Notes: a model not told the origin generated them from the sequence alone. Positions 37,608 through 50,365 are shown, numbered from the stretch's first letter. The stretch: DNA of 64,000 nucleotides from Anthoceros angustus (GCA_010909165.1 MU008149.1:124001-188000); one strand, 5' to 3'. Numbers and translations are program-made.

Positions 37608-37812
37608 ATAGTGACCGGGCACCGCAAACATGTTATAAACCTAAGTAAACGGCCCTTATTGTTAAAACGTTTCGTTTGGGTTGGGGCTGAAGATACAAAA
37701 TTAAATTAAATTTATTTACCATTTTGGGTTTAGGGCCAACTCCAGCGCGAGCGTCCAGCAGGAAGCTTTGGCTCAAATCAGGACGTTCTGTTCATCCAGC
37801 TGGGTGGAACCG

Positions 37813-40506
37813 ATGGAGGCATTGGTCCATCTGGAGGAGGTGCAAGGAGTGCTGGATGTGCTGCAAGGACACTCCATCGCTGGTACCGACGCGGAATTGG
37901 ACCGTTTTTTAGCGGAGTTCCTATTACGTGAGGTGAGATGCCGTTGTCGTTGTCTCCGTCGCCTCGCATTACCGCACTCACAGTAGTTTGAACTTGTGGG
38001 CTGCTCATCTGGCTGAGCTGGTGTGTAATGTGTCACGTTGGTTCGGGTCCAAAAGCAGGCCTTTGCTCCTGAGATTTGTGGGTAAGTGCTGTTTGCTGAA
38101 ATGTGTGTCTGTCACGTCACGTGGCAAGGTGAAGCCCTGTCAAGACCTACAACAAGTACGACGGAGAATCCAGTTTTTGGAGGTGCAATTACCCAAGGTA
38201 CGCCTTGCACGGATAGGATTCTATCTATTCGGGTTGGTGGCGAGGTTGATGATGTTAGCGGTTAGCTGATGTTTGCAGTGTTGGACCTTGTGTAGCTGTC
38301 AACGACATTACTGGAGGAAGTGGCTTCCCATTGTCAAACATCAGGTGTGCCCAAATTCCTGCTCATCCTGAATGATGTGAGGATAGGGCGTGTGTAGGAA
38401 GGCGTCGGCAGGCACTAAGCTGCATGCGAGTGTTTTTCAAAGTTCAGTGTGACAATTACCATAAGATTTTGTTTCACCCTAACAAGGTCTGCTTGATTCT
38501 GTCAGATCATACAACAAACATGGACATGATAGAAAGTGGTCATGAGGACGGCCCAGCTCAAAAAAATGCAGGGTTTGGAGGAAACGATCCGGGGCCAAGG
38601 GGAAATCTCTTGGTCGCCAACGAACCTTTGATCGGACTGAGCTCCATGCTTCGAGCAAGATCTACTCTTGAAGATTTCGTAAGCTATTTTGTCTCTCATT
38701 CTTGGTTGCGGAGTTTATCATTGCCGAAATGCAGGCCTGCCTGGCAATGGTAAACTCCGCAACTGCCTGCCTGCCTGTTACCCTTTGCCATGCCAATGTT
38801 GTGGGCTTGATGATTGTGCGGGCAACAGTGCAGATCTTATTTTATGTTTCACGGCTTGGATGTCAATGCGCCACCGGACTTGTTTCGCCACCTTCCTCTT
38901 TTGATGTTTGTGGAGTCCTACATTTATCAGGTTCCAAACGGGGTGGCATATCTCGTGTAGCTTGTAGAGACTGAGTTCTGCTTTGATTTGAGAGGTGAGG
39001 GGATTCCCCCTCATATGATTTGGGATGGTGCTGAAACTGTGACCTCTGTGGCTGTGTAGTTGGATGAACAAAATGAGGAGGACGTTCACCAGTGGTCGGA
39101 AGGCAGGCAACATGTATGTTTTTGTAGATGTTGGGATTAGCTGTCACCTGGCCTGTGTCTCAGGAATTGGTCATGGAAGTACGTTACCTGGTGTTGGGAT
39201 GGACAGGCTGCTCAATTAAGGTAGTATGTTGCGGGGTGCAAGGTGGCTGCTTTTGGTGCTGGCATGGATCCTTTCAAGGAGCTACAAGCTTGTCTTGCCC
39301 GGCGAGGGCTCTTCACAGGAAGGTGCGGATGCCCTCATCTCCTCCTGGCCACAGCCGAAAGTTTCTGTGTTGTTACAATGATTGGAATGTGTGGTGGCTC
39401 ACAGAATCCAGGAAAGGCTCAAGGATGGGGTGGAGTATTGGTTACTAGAGCAGTCCTTATGCAGAGATCTTGTAACAGGGAGCAAGGCAAGTGGTGTGTA
39501 CCTCTTATGCAGCAGCTGCAATATACGCTGTGTCCAGCCGAACTGATGGAGGCGGTGGTGTCTTGTTACAGATTTCCATACATGATGTCATGCGGGCCAT
39601 TCGCCTGAAATCCTTTGACTACCAGGTCTTAAATCTCCTCTTGTACAGACTACAAGGAGAAGAGGTAACAAAGAACCCTCTTGTGGGTTATGCATCCGCT
39701 GTTGCAGAAAACTGCCCACTGTCCCAGGCTTTGTGCAACTGACTTTTGGTGTTTGGTTTGCAAGGTAAACGAAGATCATTATGCATACCTCTGTGCTTCA
39801 GAGTTCCTTGTGGAGATTTCGGATGACCTGTAAGGGTCTGAACCGTTCTCTGATGTGGTGAGATTTGTCTTTTAACTCCATGGCCTCCTCTGAGTCAAAT
39901 TTTTTTTCTTGGCAGGTACGACTACGAGGTTAGTAGAACGTCTTCTCATCTCCATCGGGACTGATGAGCAGCAGGCAATTGCGAAACAAACCTCTGATCC
40001 AGTCCCTCCTAATGCATTCCAACTGCAGGAGGATGTGCTAAAGAATAGCTTTAACCTATTGCGCATGCTGGTGAGCTTATACGGCCCAGCAGAGGCGCCA
40101 AAGGTGCTGGTAAGGGCACCCAACTCACATCCTCTTCACCAGGCTCCGCGCTCACTCATTCGGCTAACCTTTTCCCCTTTCTTAAACGCAGGCGAAGTTC
40201 ATCAGGGAGGCAGAGGCTACATACGAAGCCCAGCTGAAGAAACTGGAACCAAGCTTATCATCCCGCTGCCAACTCCGATGCGAAGAGGCAGTTCGAGAAG
40301 GTCCGTCCACGTCCCCTCTCCAGTCACCCTCCATGCCGTCGCGTTGCAGGCCGACTTTCATCTAACCAGCCACCGGTCCCTGTCCAGGTGGCGGAGGCGG
40401 AGAGCACCCTCTAGGATCATGGACGATCCCCCACCTCATCGTGGACGAGCCTGCCTACAGGCTCCAAGTTCAGCAGCTGCGCGAAGCAGGAAAACAAGGC
40501 GTGTGA
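37813..40506 (+). CDS. Conserved uncharacterised plant protein (At5g10320-like, from memory) with a DDLYDYEED acidic motif; multi-exon
   Basis: Exons encode MEALVHLEEVQGVL, EPLIGLSSMLRARSTLEDF, CRSYFMFHGLD, LFRHLPLLMFVESYIYQ, LDEQNEE, GVEYWLLEQSLC, DVMRAIRLKSFDYQVLNLLLY, EFLVEISDDL-YDYE-EDVLKNSFNLLRM and LGSWTIPHLIVDEPAYR...GV*. Confidence 0.85.
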
Positions 40507-40919
40507 CACCACCTACCCGCCGAGAGTCCCACCGGCAGCAGTCCACATTGCCATGCCGGTCTCCCACACGCCATAGAGCTCACACATATTGCATTCAACC
40601 CTAGCCATCGTTGTGGACGATAAACAACAGTGTCTTTCCTCCTGGAACGTCAGAATCACCATACCAGCTCTTCCTGCAGCCTGTGTGTCTCGAATATGAA
40701 GATGCAGTCCGTTCCCTGTCCGCCTTATCCGACCATGTCCTTTTTCAATCCACTCGTCGAGCCGCAGAAACAGCAAATCCGCCTGGCCATGGAGGTGCAG
40801 GACAGAGACGTGCTGCGCTGCCCTTTTTCTTTTTCGAGCAGTGGGCTCCATTACTCGGTGACCATGTCCTTCTCCCGGTTGTTCACTCTCGTGTTCTCTC
40901 GGGAGTCGCGGAACGGGAC

Positions 40920-41020
40920 GAGACGTCTCGAGTCGAGTCGAGTCGAGTCGAGTCGAGTCGAGTCGAGACGAGACGAGACGAAACGACTCGAATCGAATCA
41001 GCTCGGCTCGGCTCGGCTGC
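40920..41020. repeat. (GTCGA)n / (GAGAC)n / (GCTCG)n compound pentanucleotide microsatellite
   Basis: Read directly from the sequence. Confidence 0.9.
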
Positions 41021-41238
41021 GCTGCACTGCAGCAGCGCAGACTGGAGAGACGCGATTCGTGTTTCAAGATTAGGAGAAAAAAGAAATCGGGGGGGCACAC
41101 GCCACCACGAGGCCGGCACGCGCCCCGCAAATGGGATTAAAATAATCCCGATAATGGAGGCCGAGACAGCCACGCTCCCCGCTCTTATTGGCGTTATTAC
41201 CGTTTGTACAAAGCGCTGCCGGCCGCGGTAAACCCGAA

Positions 41239-41266
41239 TTGACGCTTGACGCTTGACGCTTGACGC
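41239..41266 (+). repeat. (TTGACGC)x4
   Basis: Four perfect 7-mers, each containing TGACG. Confidence 0.85.
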
Positions 41267-44200
41267 GGGAAGCCGCGATCCGGCTTAGATCTGCGCATTA
41301 AACACCGGCCCTCGGTTGGCAGCCGGTTGCCGGTCGCGGGACCCCGTCGCCGCGGATTAGTTGCCATCCGCGGACCGCAATTACGAAGCCATGATGCTGA
41401 TCCGTTTCCATCCCACCACGACGCGACCCGAGGCGGGGTTCAGGCCACCGGAGGACCGGGGATGACCGGCCGAGCCAGCCCCGGCCCATCCGACGGCTGC
41501 GGGGCGGCAGAGATTGTCGCCTCGCCGGCGACAGGAGGCAGGAAGAATTGAGGAGAGAGAGCGGCGCGGGATGGAAGCCTGAAGCGGGCTTCCGCCGGGG
41601 CCCGCTCTGACTCTGACAGAGAGAAGCGAATAAAGCGAGGCGCGGGCAGGCCGGGCAGGGGCCGCGCTGCCCGACCTGCCCGGCCTGCCCGCTGCCCAGG
41701 CTAGAGTGGAGGACAAGGCGAGGGAGAGGGCCAGGACAGACGGTACTGCAAACTGGTGTAATGTACTGCTGCTGCTGCCGTTGCCGGACTGGTATGTCTG
41801 CAGCAGCAGGAGACTGTTCTGATGCGATGTGGGGCCGAGTGAAATGAATTTTCACGTCCAGCGTTTTTATTCTTCATCACCATGTGCAGAGCGAGCTGGT
41901 GCTGGTGCTGGCGCTGGCGCTGGTGCTGGTGCTGGTGCATGATATGGAGTGGCAGATGTTGTTGTTGTGAGCTTCATGAATGAATCGAATTGTGGATATA
42001 AAAATGGGAGTGTAGAGTAATAGATGTTTGGGATTGGGTTCGTACGACGTTGTATGTACATATGTATGCGGATACAATGCGGCTGGGTGGTGTGTACATG
42101 GGAATTAAAGGGGCCTGACAGGGAGCCCAGCTAAGCAAGGGCTTGTCTGGGTTGTCTTGCTCTTCCACAGACGATGCATGCAGCCAGAATCGGGCTGCAA
42201 ATCTGATCGCACGCGTAGAGGCAATGGCCATTAGTGTGGAAGCGTAGCGGGGGCGTCATAATTAGGCCGCGTCCGCTCACGGCTATGGCCAACCCGAACT
42301 CCGAGACGTCCATTTCCTGCAATTCCTCTCTCGGGACTGCCACGGAGTTGTGCGGCCCGAGGCAGGCCTCGCTAGCTTAACCCGTTTTTGCTCGCCGTCG
42401 CCCCATTTTAATGGCCGAATATTCTACAGCGCTTGTGTAGGTAGGTACGTGACTGCTGCATCAGTCCGGACCATTCCCTGGCTTCCTCATCCCATGCATC
42501 ACATCGCGAGCTTTGAGGAGTTGTTCTCATCTTTTTGTGGGTTCATTCGCTTTGGGGTTTTGGAGTGGGGGTTGGGGTGATTACGGGTCACCGCGATGCT
42601 GTGGATTGAGGCGTTATTTTGTGGATTTGCATGGGCTGGGAGGTTGATGCGCTGGGTTTTTGTGGCTTTTTGGTGTGGAGCTCGTGGGTTATTACCGGGA
42701 TTCTCGTGTATGTATAGAAGGACCTTGGAATGGAAGCTTGTTGAGCGGGAGGCTGTGTTGCGACATGCAACATACTGTACAATCGATCTGGGTCGTGCAA
42801 TGTGACAAGACGAATGTGACAAAACTTTGTGCTGGGTTTTGACCGTATCAATTTCTTGGAGCATCGCATCTGTTTGGTGGGTGTGGGGTGGGACCGAAGG
42901 GGTGAGACGGATTTTTGATGGGTTATCCGTGTGTGTGTGATTAGCGTCGGCTAATGATGCGCAGGTGGGAGGTAACGGAAACTGGTCGGAGTCCCCGAGT
43001 CGGCGGAACATGAAACATCACAAACACCACGGAAGCCGGGAAAGGAAAGGAAAAGAAAGTGAGGAGGAAGCAAAAGTATGGAGATCGATGGAGGTTAGGC
43101 TTCCGAAGTCAACCTCAGCGGAGATGCGGGGCGGCACGAGGCAGGCGGCAACCTCGTTGGCCCAGCTATGTATGTGAGGAATCCGGCAGCAGCCAGATTG
43201 GTGACACCCAGTTTCTTCTCCAGCCAGACATGTTGGCCAGATTTCCGACCGTGGGCGCGTGGCACTGCACTGCCAGCCCTTTCATTATACAGTCTCCACA
43301 CTGTCTAGATGTATCTCGGCCTGAGGCTGCCTTGCCCTCGGCAACGGCATTGGGCCACCTCCATGATTGACCCCACACCCAACGGATCCTTCTCTAGGCT
43401 CCGGCCCCGCAGAGCCGGGCCCAAACCCTAACGCCCATCAAAAGCTCCATGACCCATGGGCGATGGTAGCCAGCATGTGGGGGCTGCACCCATGCGCGTC
43501 ATACCGAGTCGGGGCCACGTGAACCGGACACTTCCTCTCGAGGGCTCGAAGGAGGAAGGAGAAGGGGCAGGATCCCGACTATGTGTACTTCCCACGTGGT
43601 TTGGTTTCGGTTTCCGTTTCGATCATCTTTCTTCCCATAGGTAATGTATAACAAGCGTTGCTTCATTTCCTTCCCTCTGGCCTTCCTGTTGAGCCCATCA
43701 TGTTCCCCATAGCCCACCTGAAATCATGGCTGCTCGGATTCACATAACGAGCTGGACACGGTTTTCCACGCATCGCTGGCCCCGAAGCACAGCCTCGCCC
43801 TTAGGCGATGGCGTTCACTGAGCGGAACCCATGACGTGAGCCTTCGCTTTTACGGAATTTGTGAAGTTTTCCTTTTTCCTTCGTGGGGTGTCAAAGAAAA
43901 TGGCGAATATTTTATGGGTTCAGGCAAATATTTTATGGGTTGAGTGAGGAAGGGGGGAATTTTGTGGGTTGTTTGAGGAGGATAAGTGGAATCTCTCCAC
44001 AATTGGACGAACCATTCTGTGGGTTGGAAGAAACCGGCACAAACTTTTTGTGGGTGTTATACACCAAGGAGGGAAGGCGACAAAGCGGATGGCGGGGCCC
44101 ATCCAAAGAAGGCCATGGCCGGGGCGGTGTGGTGTGGTGTGGATTAAGTATAAGAGGAAGAAGAAGGGGCTTCTGAAGTCCATGTCTGAGTCTCTATCAA

Positions 44201-46219
44201 TAGCACACCAATGGGTGGGAAGGAAGTTTGGGAGTGCAAATTTGTGATGTGTTGTTGCAAGATGCGATTTCCCATCTCCGCTTTGCAAGAGGGACCCGGG
44301 TTGCAATCACTCCGGTCGTGATGATGGAGTTCTAGCTCGGCGGGCAACGGGGACTGCCGCCTTCACGGCCCAGGCCTGCGTGCCCTGCAGCCACTGGCAC
44401 GGCGCGAAAGTGCATTCATTGCCACCCCACCAACTCCCGCTAGATCGCACAGCCAAATGCGCAGCGCACCGGGTACAAGTACCGTCGCCATCGCCCAACA
44501 CCGAGCGTGATGGCCAGAAATTGATGCAAGCAGCGCTGGCTGGCCCCAGCCCAGCCCCTTGGGCTCCCGCCCATGGCCACCACGTGGCTTCCTCCTCACA
44601 TTCCAACGCCAGAGCGCTACTCCCAAATCTTCAAATCCTTCCTCTCCGACGGCTTGATTTCCTTTGTTTTCTATAGCATTTCATTTCATTTCAATTTCAA
44701 TTTTTCAATTTCTGTCCATCGGATTCCTCCTTCTTCAATATGTTGTACCTTGGACTCACGTACATAGTTATAAACATGTCTACGATTGATGAAGGGGTGT
44801 TGATGAGAAACTATCATACTCGGATTACACTAACTCGGAGAGAGACAACATTGAAGTGGATGACGGGGTGTTGGAGAGAAACAAAGACGTGGAAACTGGT
44901 TTTTGAGGTGGAATCCAAGGAAGGACAGCTTTGGGAAGGAGCTTCGGGAAAAAAATCGTTCTCGGTGCGTGATCGATGGAAGTACACCGTTGGTGGGCCG
45001 ACCGATGTAGATGCAAGATTTTTATGGGTTCGTTAAATTGGTTGGAGACGGGATGGGAAATGTGGTGGGTCGGTGTGGGAATCCGCGCCAAAGCGATGGT
45101 TGGGACGGGAGCGCTGTGTTTGATGCGAAGCGCAGAGGGAAGGACGAAGTTTTTTGGTCTGGGTTGCTCCATTCAAACTGTGACAGGCAGGAGCAGCAGC
45201 AATGAGATATAACTTGCAATGCAAAGGAAGCAGCATGCGGAGCAAGAGGGAGAGGGCGGCACGGCTGTTAGGTGCGTGTCGGACAGTCATGATATCGCTG
45301 TGCACACTGCTGCCACTGCCGAGCCGTGAGGGATCGCTGCCTGCCATGCGCGGGCATATAAGTTACCTCTCGCCATCGTCGCTCTTTGACCACCGCCGGG
45401 CCAGTCAAACAAACCCAGCATCTCTCTCTCTTGATCAGCAGGGCTGGTGCACTCTGCGCACTGCCCTGCAGCCTGCGCTTCACGGCAGCAACAGTCCAGG
45501 CAGGCTGGCAAGCAGAGGATCAGTCTGATCGATGCTCTCTCTGATCAAGCAAGGACCAAACCCTAATCACGCCTTGACTGGACGCTCCCACAGTTGACCA
45601 TCGCGCTCACCCACAGCTCGTGCCCTGCAAATTGCAGCAGAATGAGAATCGCACCGCCTTCTTTTCCTCCTCCTTCCTCCTTCCTCCTCCCCTTTCCCTC
45701 CCGTCCTCCTTTATTAAAAGCACCCACTTTGGCTTTGGACAACACAACAGGGCTCCTCCTTTCTGCCCTAAAAAGCAGTCCGACCCCGACTCCGCCTCTC
45801 ACTCCGACTCCCGATAGTCAACCTCGGACGTGTGAATGCAGTGCAGCAACCCGGGTCCCGGGTCCCGGGTACCGGGCCCTGCACCTCCACCTATATTTGT
45901 CCTTCCTTCCCCCACCTTCTTCCGCCCACTTTTTCCCCTTCCCCCACCTCCATCCCCACATCACCATGCTCGTCCAACGTAAATTCCTTTGAATCCTTGT
46001 CCAGCACACAAGCACCCATATATATCCTTCTCCATCACTTCCCGACCCAAGCAGGCACGTATTGTACCCGTATGTGCAGACAAGCATACATACTCACACT
46101 AGAACCTAGAACGTAACGCCCAGCATTTACTCTCCCGACAGTGTATCCTCCAGGCGCCACTCTTCTCTAAATGTTGACCATCGCCGGGTCCTTTGAATTT
46201 GAACACGCTACGCTGGCTG

Positions 46220-46330
46220 CAGCTCTGGCTCTGGCTCGGGCTCTGGCTCTGGCTCGGGCTCTGGCTCTGGCCCTGGCTCTGGCCCTCTGGCTCTGGCCCT
46301 GGCCCTGGCCCTGGCTCTGGCCCTGGCTGT
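46220..46330. repeat. (CTCTGG/CCCTGG)n hexamer microsatellite
   Basis: About 17 units. Confidence 0.9.
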
Positions 46331-47982
46331 GGGTCTGTGACACTGTGGCTGTGCTGTCTTTTATGTACACGGATACATACAACAAATACTGTCCGTGTGT
46401 GTGTACATACCTGCACACGGCCCCCGAGGGCCATCGTCACCTAGCCTTCATACGTGCAGCTGCGGTCGGAGCGCCCAAGACGCCTGCCTGCCTGCCTGCC
46501 TGCCTGCCTGCTGCCTCGGCCGATGCTGCTGCTTCTTCTTCTGCTTCCGAAGGCCTTCTACGGTACCGGTGATCCACCAGTCGCGGTTCCTTGTGGGTCG
46601 CGGACTCGGAGATCCCAGCCTCGACTGGTACTGGGCGGTGGGGCTGGCGATGGTGGCGGTGGGTGGGCGATATCGGCCGACTCCGGGCTGGAGCAGTCGA
46701 TCGCGCCTGGGAGAGGCCCACCAAGGCAGCCACACGCAGTGCAGCAAAGGGCAGCCTGGGCCCTGGCTATGGCGTCGGGTTGGGCTCTCTCGCCCCGTAT
46801 GGGACTCCGACTCGTGGCGGTGTCGGACAGCATCGATCCGTGGCATTTGCGTTCACGGAAGGGGGCTCGGGCGGGGCTGTACAGATGTGTACATGCAAGG
46901 CGACGGAAAACCCACCACGAATCACCAGTCTGAGACTGAGAGCGCACCGAGGCCCGGGCCCGGGCTGCTGTTGTGTTGTGATCAGAGACGCAGAGCTCTG
47001 TGGCGTGCGACAGAATTAGAAAGCCCAGTCGGGCCGCGACCCAACGTCGGGTTGGTTCTCGGCTGGCCCGCCTTCGTACTTGCGATCTGCGCAGCGATCC
47101 CGACACAGGGCCGACGCGATCCCCAGGAGGGCTGGGGCCCTTGGCTGTAGCGGGCGAGGGCGCCGTTGCCATGGCCAGGGCTTGCGCACTCTTGTATTAT
47201 GTATATTTATCTGAGGGCTGTAGCAAGGGGGAGCGTGGGTGGCGCACACCGCCACGCCGGTCTCACTCTCCTCAGCTTCTTGTGAGGTCGCGGGGAATCC
47301 ACATCCATGCATCAGCCTGATCTCACCACGGCATCTCGGATTCCAGGCGGAGAGCCAAATTATTCGCTTCCCCCGGGCCCATACGCCCATACTATTGCCA
47401 CCAACGCAACGTGTTACGCGACGGCACGGAACGTAACGTGACGGAACGGGAACCCACCACCGTTCCGTCCGTTTCTTCCGTCCCTCCTTACAAACTATGT
47501 GCTCCCCAGCCCCCTCCAGGGCCCGCCCACAATTCGCCAGATTCGTGATTCGCGCCCTGGCCCACGCCTGTCCAGGGCCGGTGCCGGGCCTGCCCCGACC
47601 TCCTCTTCTATACCGTGCAAGCCAAGCTTTACCCCCCGCCCTCTCAATGTTCTTACCCCCATTTTAATGTCCTTGCATGGCCCCGTACGGACGATCGGCG
47701 GCCTGCACCCCGGCCCGATTCGGGCCGCCCCCGCGTGATGGCCGCCGGCTTTTATCACTCCTTTTGAGGCCGCCCTCCCATTAAACGCTTGCCAGCCTTT
47801 AATTGCCTTGCCACTGTTTTTTAACCCTTTACTGGCCATTCTTTAAATCTACCCACCATCCACATATTATTAACATAGTTAACCCATTCGTACCTATCAT
47901 GAGAGATAAAATTATCCAAAAAAATTTACAATCTTGTTTGAAGCACATACTTACCTATAATATTTTCAAAGTGTGTATGTGT

Positions 47983-50365
47983 TGCAAGAGAAAATAGTTT
48001 AAGTTCATTTTTATACATAAAGTCAAACTAAAACATAAGGGTGCAAATGGATTGAAAGAGGGCATAATCCTATGAATTATCCTAAGACAAACAAAACAGT
48101 ATATGCATCATTACCCGATCACCCCATAGTGATTGGTCTACAGCACTTTATAATATGCATGAGCATAAAAGTATATGATTATGCTAGTCATCTACACATA
48201 TAATATCCATCGTAATATGCTGTTTCCTCATAATAAACACGTGGATATGACGGCTGGCAATTGCAGAATAAACTTCATAGAGAAAATAAAACTTATACAC
48301 TATTATTATTTAACGACGCCCTAGAGATGCAATAGAATCTTATTGGATCATGAACCATGATTTTAAATTTGACTTAGAAATACAAAGATTTAGATGTTGT
48401 GATGTCAGCTTTTTGTCCGCTTTTTCATGAGATGCCCACATACAAGCCATTTTTCTAACATTGCCAAGTGTTATTAGTCTTCTTATTTTCTTGAAAAGAT
48501 TCATGCAGCAAACTACTCTTACTTCAGTATTCCTTGTATTCCTACTTCGGGTCCGCACTTTAAATGATAAAGCAAGCTTCATTTTATGAAAAATTATGAG
48601 AGAAGATGCTCTATTACATAATATGCTTAGTCTAGGTAGAAATAAACTCCATATTCGTTATGTGTGGTACAACCTTGACGTACAATCATTTTGAATGTTT
48701 ACTTGTGATAGTTCTCTTTTATGGGTGTGATACCATAAAATACACCTAACATATTGAGACAGAGACAATAATTAATAGTTAGAGGCCAAAATAATTCACT
48801 AGAATAGTGACAACTACTCCATGTATAATATATTTTACAATCAAGTACAATTAGGATAAGTTTCACATTAAAAAGGGACACAAACATTCTTACACTAACT
48901 ATATCTTTTGTCCATATGGGTAGATACATTTAACTATACCATACAAACTCCCACTATATGGAGCGCTTGTTCACACACATACCAAGTGTGAATAAGAGGT
49001 GGAGTGACGAGGATGATGAAGTTATGATTGCACTGCTTTCTTTCAAGAGAACTTTGAAGATACACAAGCTTTTGAAACCAGTTGGCCAAGAAGGCCATGG
49101 CCGGGGCGGTGTGTGGTGTGGATTAAGTATAAGAGGAAGAAGAAGGCTTCTGAAGTCCATGTCTGAGTCTCTATCAATAGCACACCAATGGGTGGGAAGG
49201 AAGTTTGGGAGTGCAAATTTGTGATGTGTTGTTGCAAGATGCGATTTCCATCTCCGCTTTGCAAGAGAAAATAGTTTAAGTTCATTTTTATACATAAAGT
49301 CAAACTAAAACATAAGGGTGCAAATGGATTGAAAGAGGGCATAATCCTATGAATTATCCTAAGACAAACAAAACAGTATATGCATCATTACCCGATCACC
49401 CCATAGTGATTGGTCTACAGCACTTTATAATGCATGAGCATAAAAGTATATGATTATGCTAGTCATCTACACATATAATATCCATCGTAATATGCTGTTT
49501 CCTCATAATAAACACGTGGATATGACATATTGCGTGAATAAACTTCATAGAGAAAATAAAACTTATACACTATTATTATTTAACGCCCTAGAGATGCAAT
49601 AGAATCTTATTGGATCATGAACCATGATTTTAAATTTGACTTAGAAATACAAAGATTTAGATGTTGTGATGTCAGCTTTTTGTCCGCTTTTTCATGAGAT
49701 GCCCACATACAAGCCATTTTTCTAACATTGCCAAGTGTTATTAGTCTTCTTATTTTCTTGAAAAGATTCATGCAGCAAACTACTCTTACTTCAGTATTCC
49801 TTGTATTCCTACTTCGGGTCCGCACTTTAAATGATAAAGCAAGCTTCATTTTATGAAAAATTATGAGAGAAGATGCTCTATTACATAATATGCTTAGTCT
49901 AGGTAGAAATAAACTCCATATTCGTTATGTGTGGTACAACCTGGACGTACAATCATTTTGAATGTTTACTTGTGATAGTTCTCTTTTATGGGTGTGATAC
50001 CATAATAAAATACACCTAACATATTGAGACAGAGACAATAATTAATAGTTAGAGGCCAAAATAATTCACTAGAATAGTGACAACTACTCCATGTATAATA
50101 TATTTTACAATCAAGTACAATTAGGATAAGTTTCACATTAAAAAGGGACACAAACATTCTTACACTAACTATATCTTTTGTCCATATGGGTAGATACATT
50201 TAACTATACCATACAAACTCCCACTATATGGAGCGCTTGTTCACACACATACCAAGTGTGAATAAGAGGTGGAGTGACGAGGATGATGAAGTTATGATTG
50301 CACTGCTTTCTTTCAAGAGAACTTTGAAGATACACAAGCTTTTGAAACCAGTTGGCCAAGAAGGC
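47983..50365. repeat. ~1.1-kb AT-rich direct duplication separated by a ~170-bp copy of 44105-44290
   Basis: Identical ORFs at 48340-48582 and 49607-49849. Junctions fall at AAGAAGGCC and TTGCAAGAG microhomologies. Confidence 0.9.

Larger units (their letters stand above)
27474..37619 (-). mobile_element. MULE-1: Mutator-like DNA transposon, internally deleted, carrying nested elements
   Basis: Left TIR GCCGCTCACTAAAATTCGTCGGGGGTTTAATGCTTGGTTGCCTT matches the reverse complement of the right end CCCGGTCACTATAGTTCGTCAGGGGTTTAATGCGAGGTTGCCTT once MULE-2 is removed. 9-bp TSD CACTGCAAA (27465-27473) / CACCGCAAA (37620-37628). Confidence 0.85.

Noticed and set aside
46099-47172. Cluster of overlapping 100-250 aa ORFs
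   Set aside because: They result from hexamer microsatellites and high GC, with no domain or consistent exon structure.
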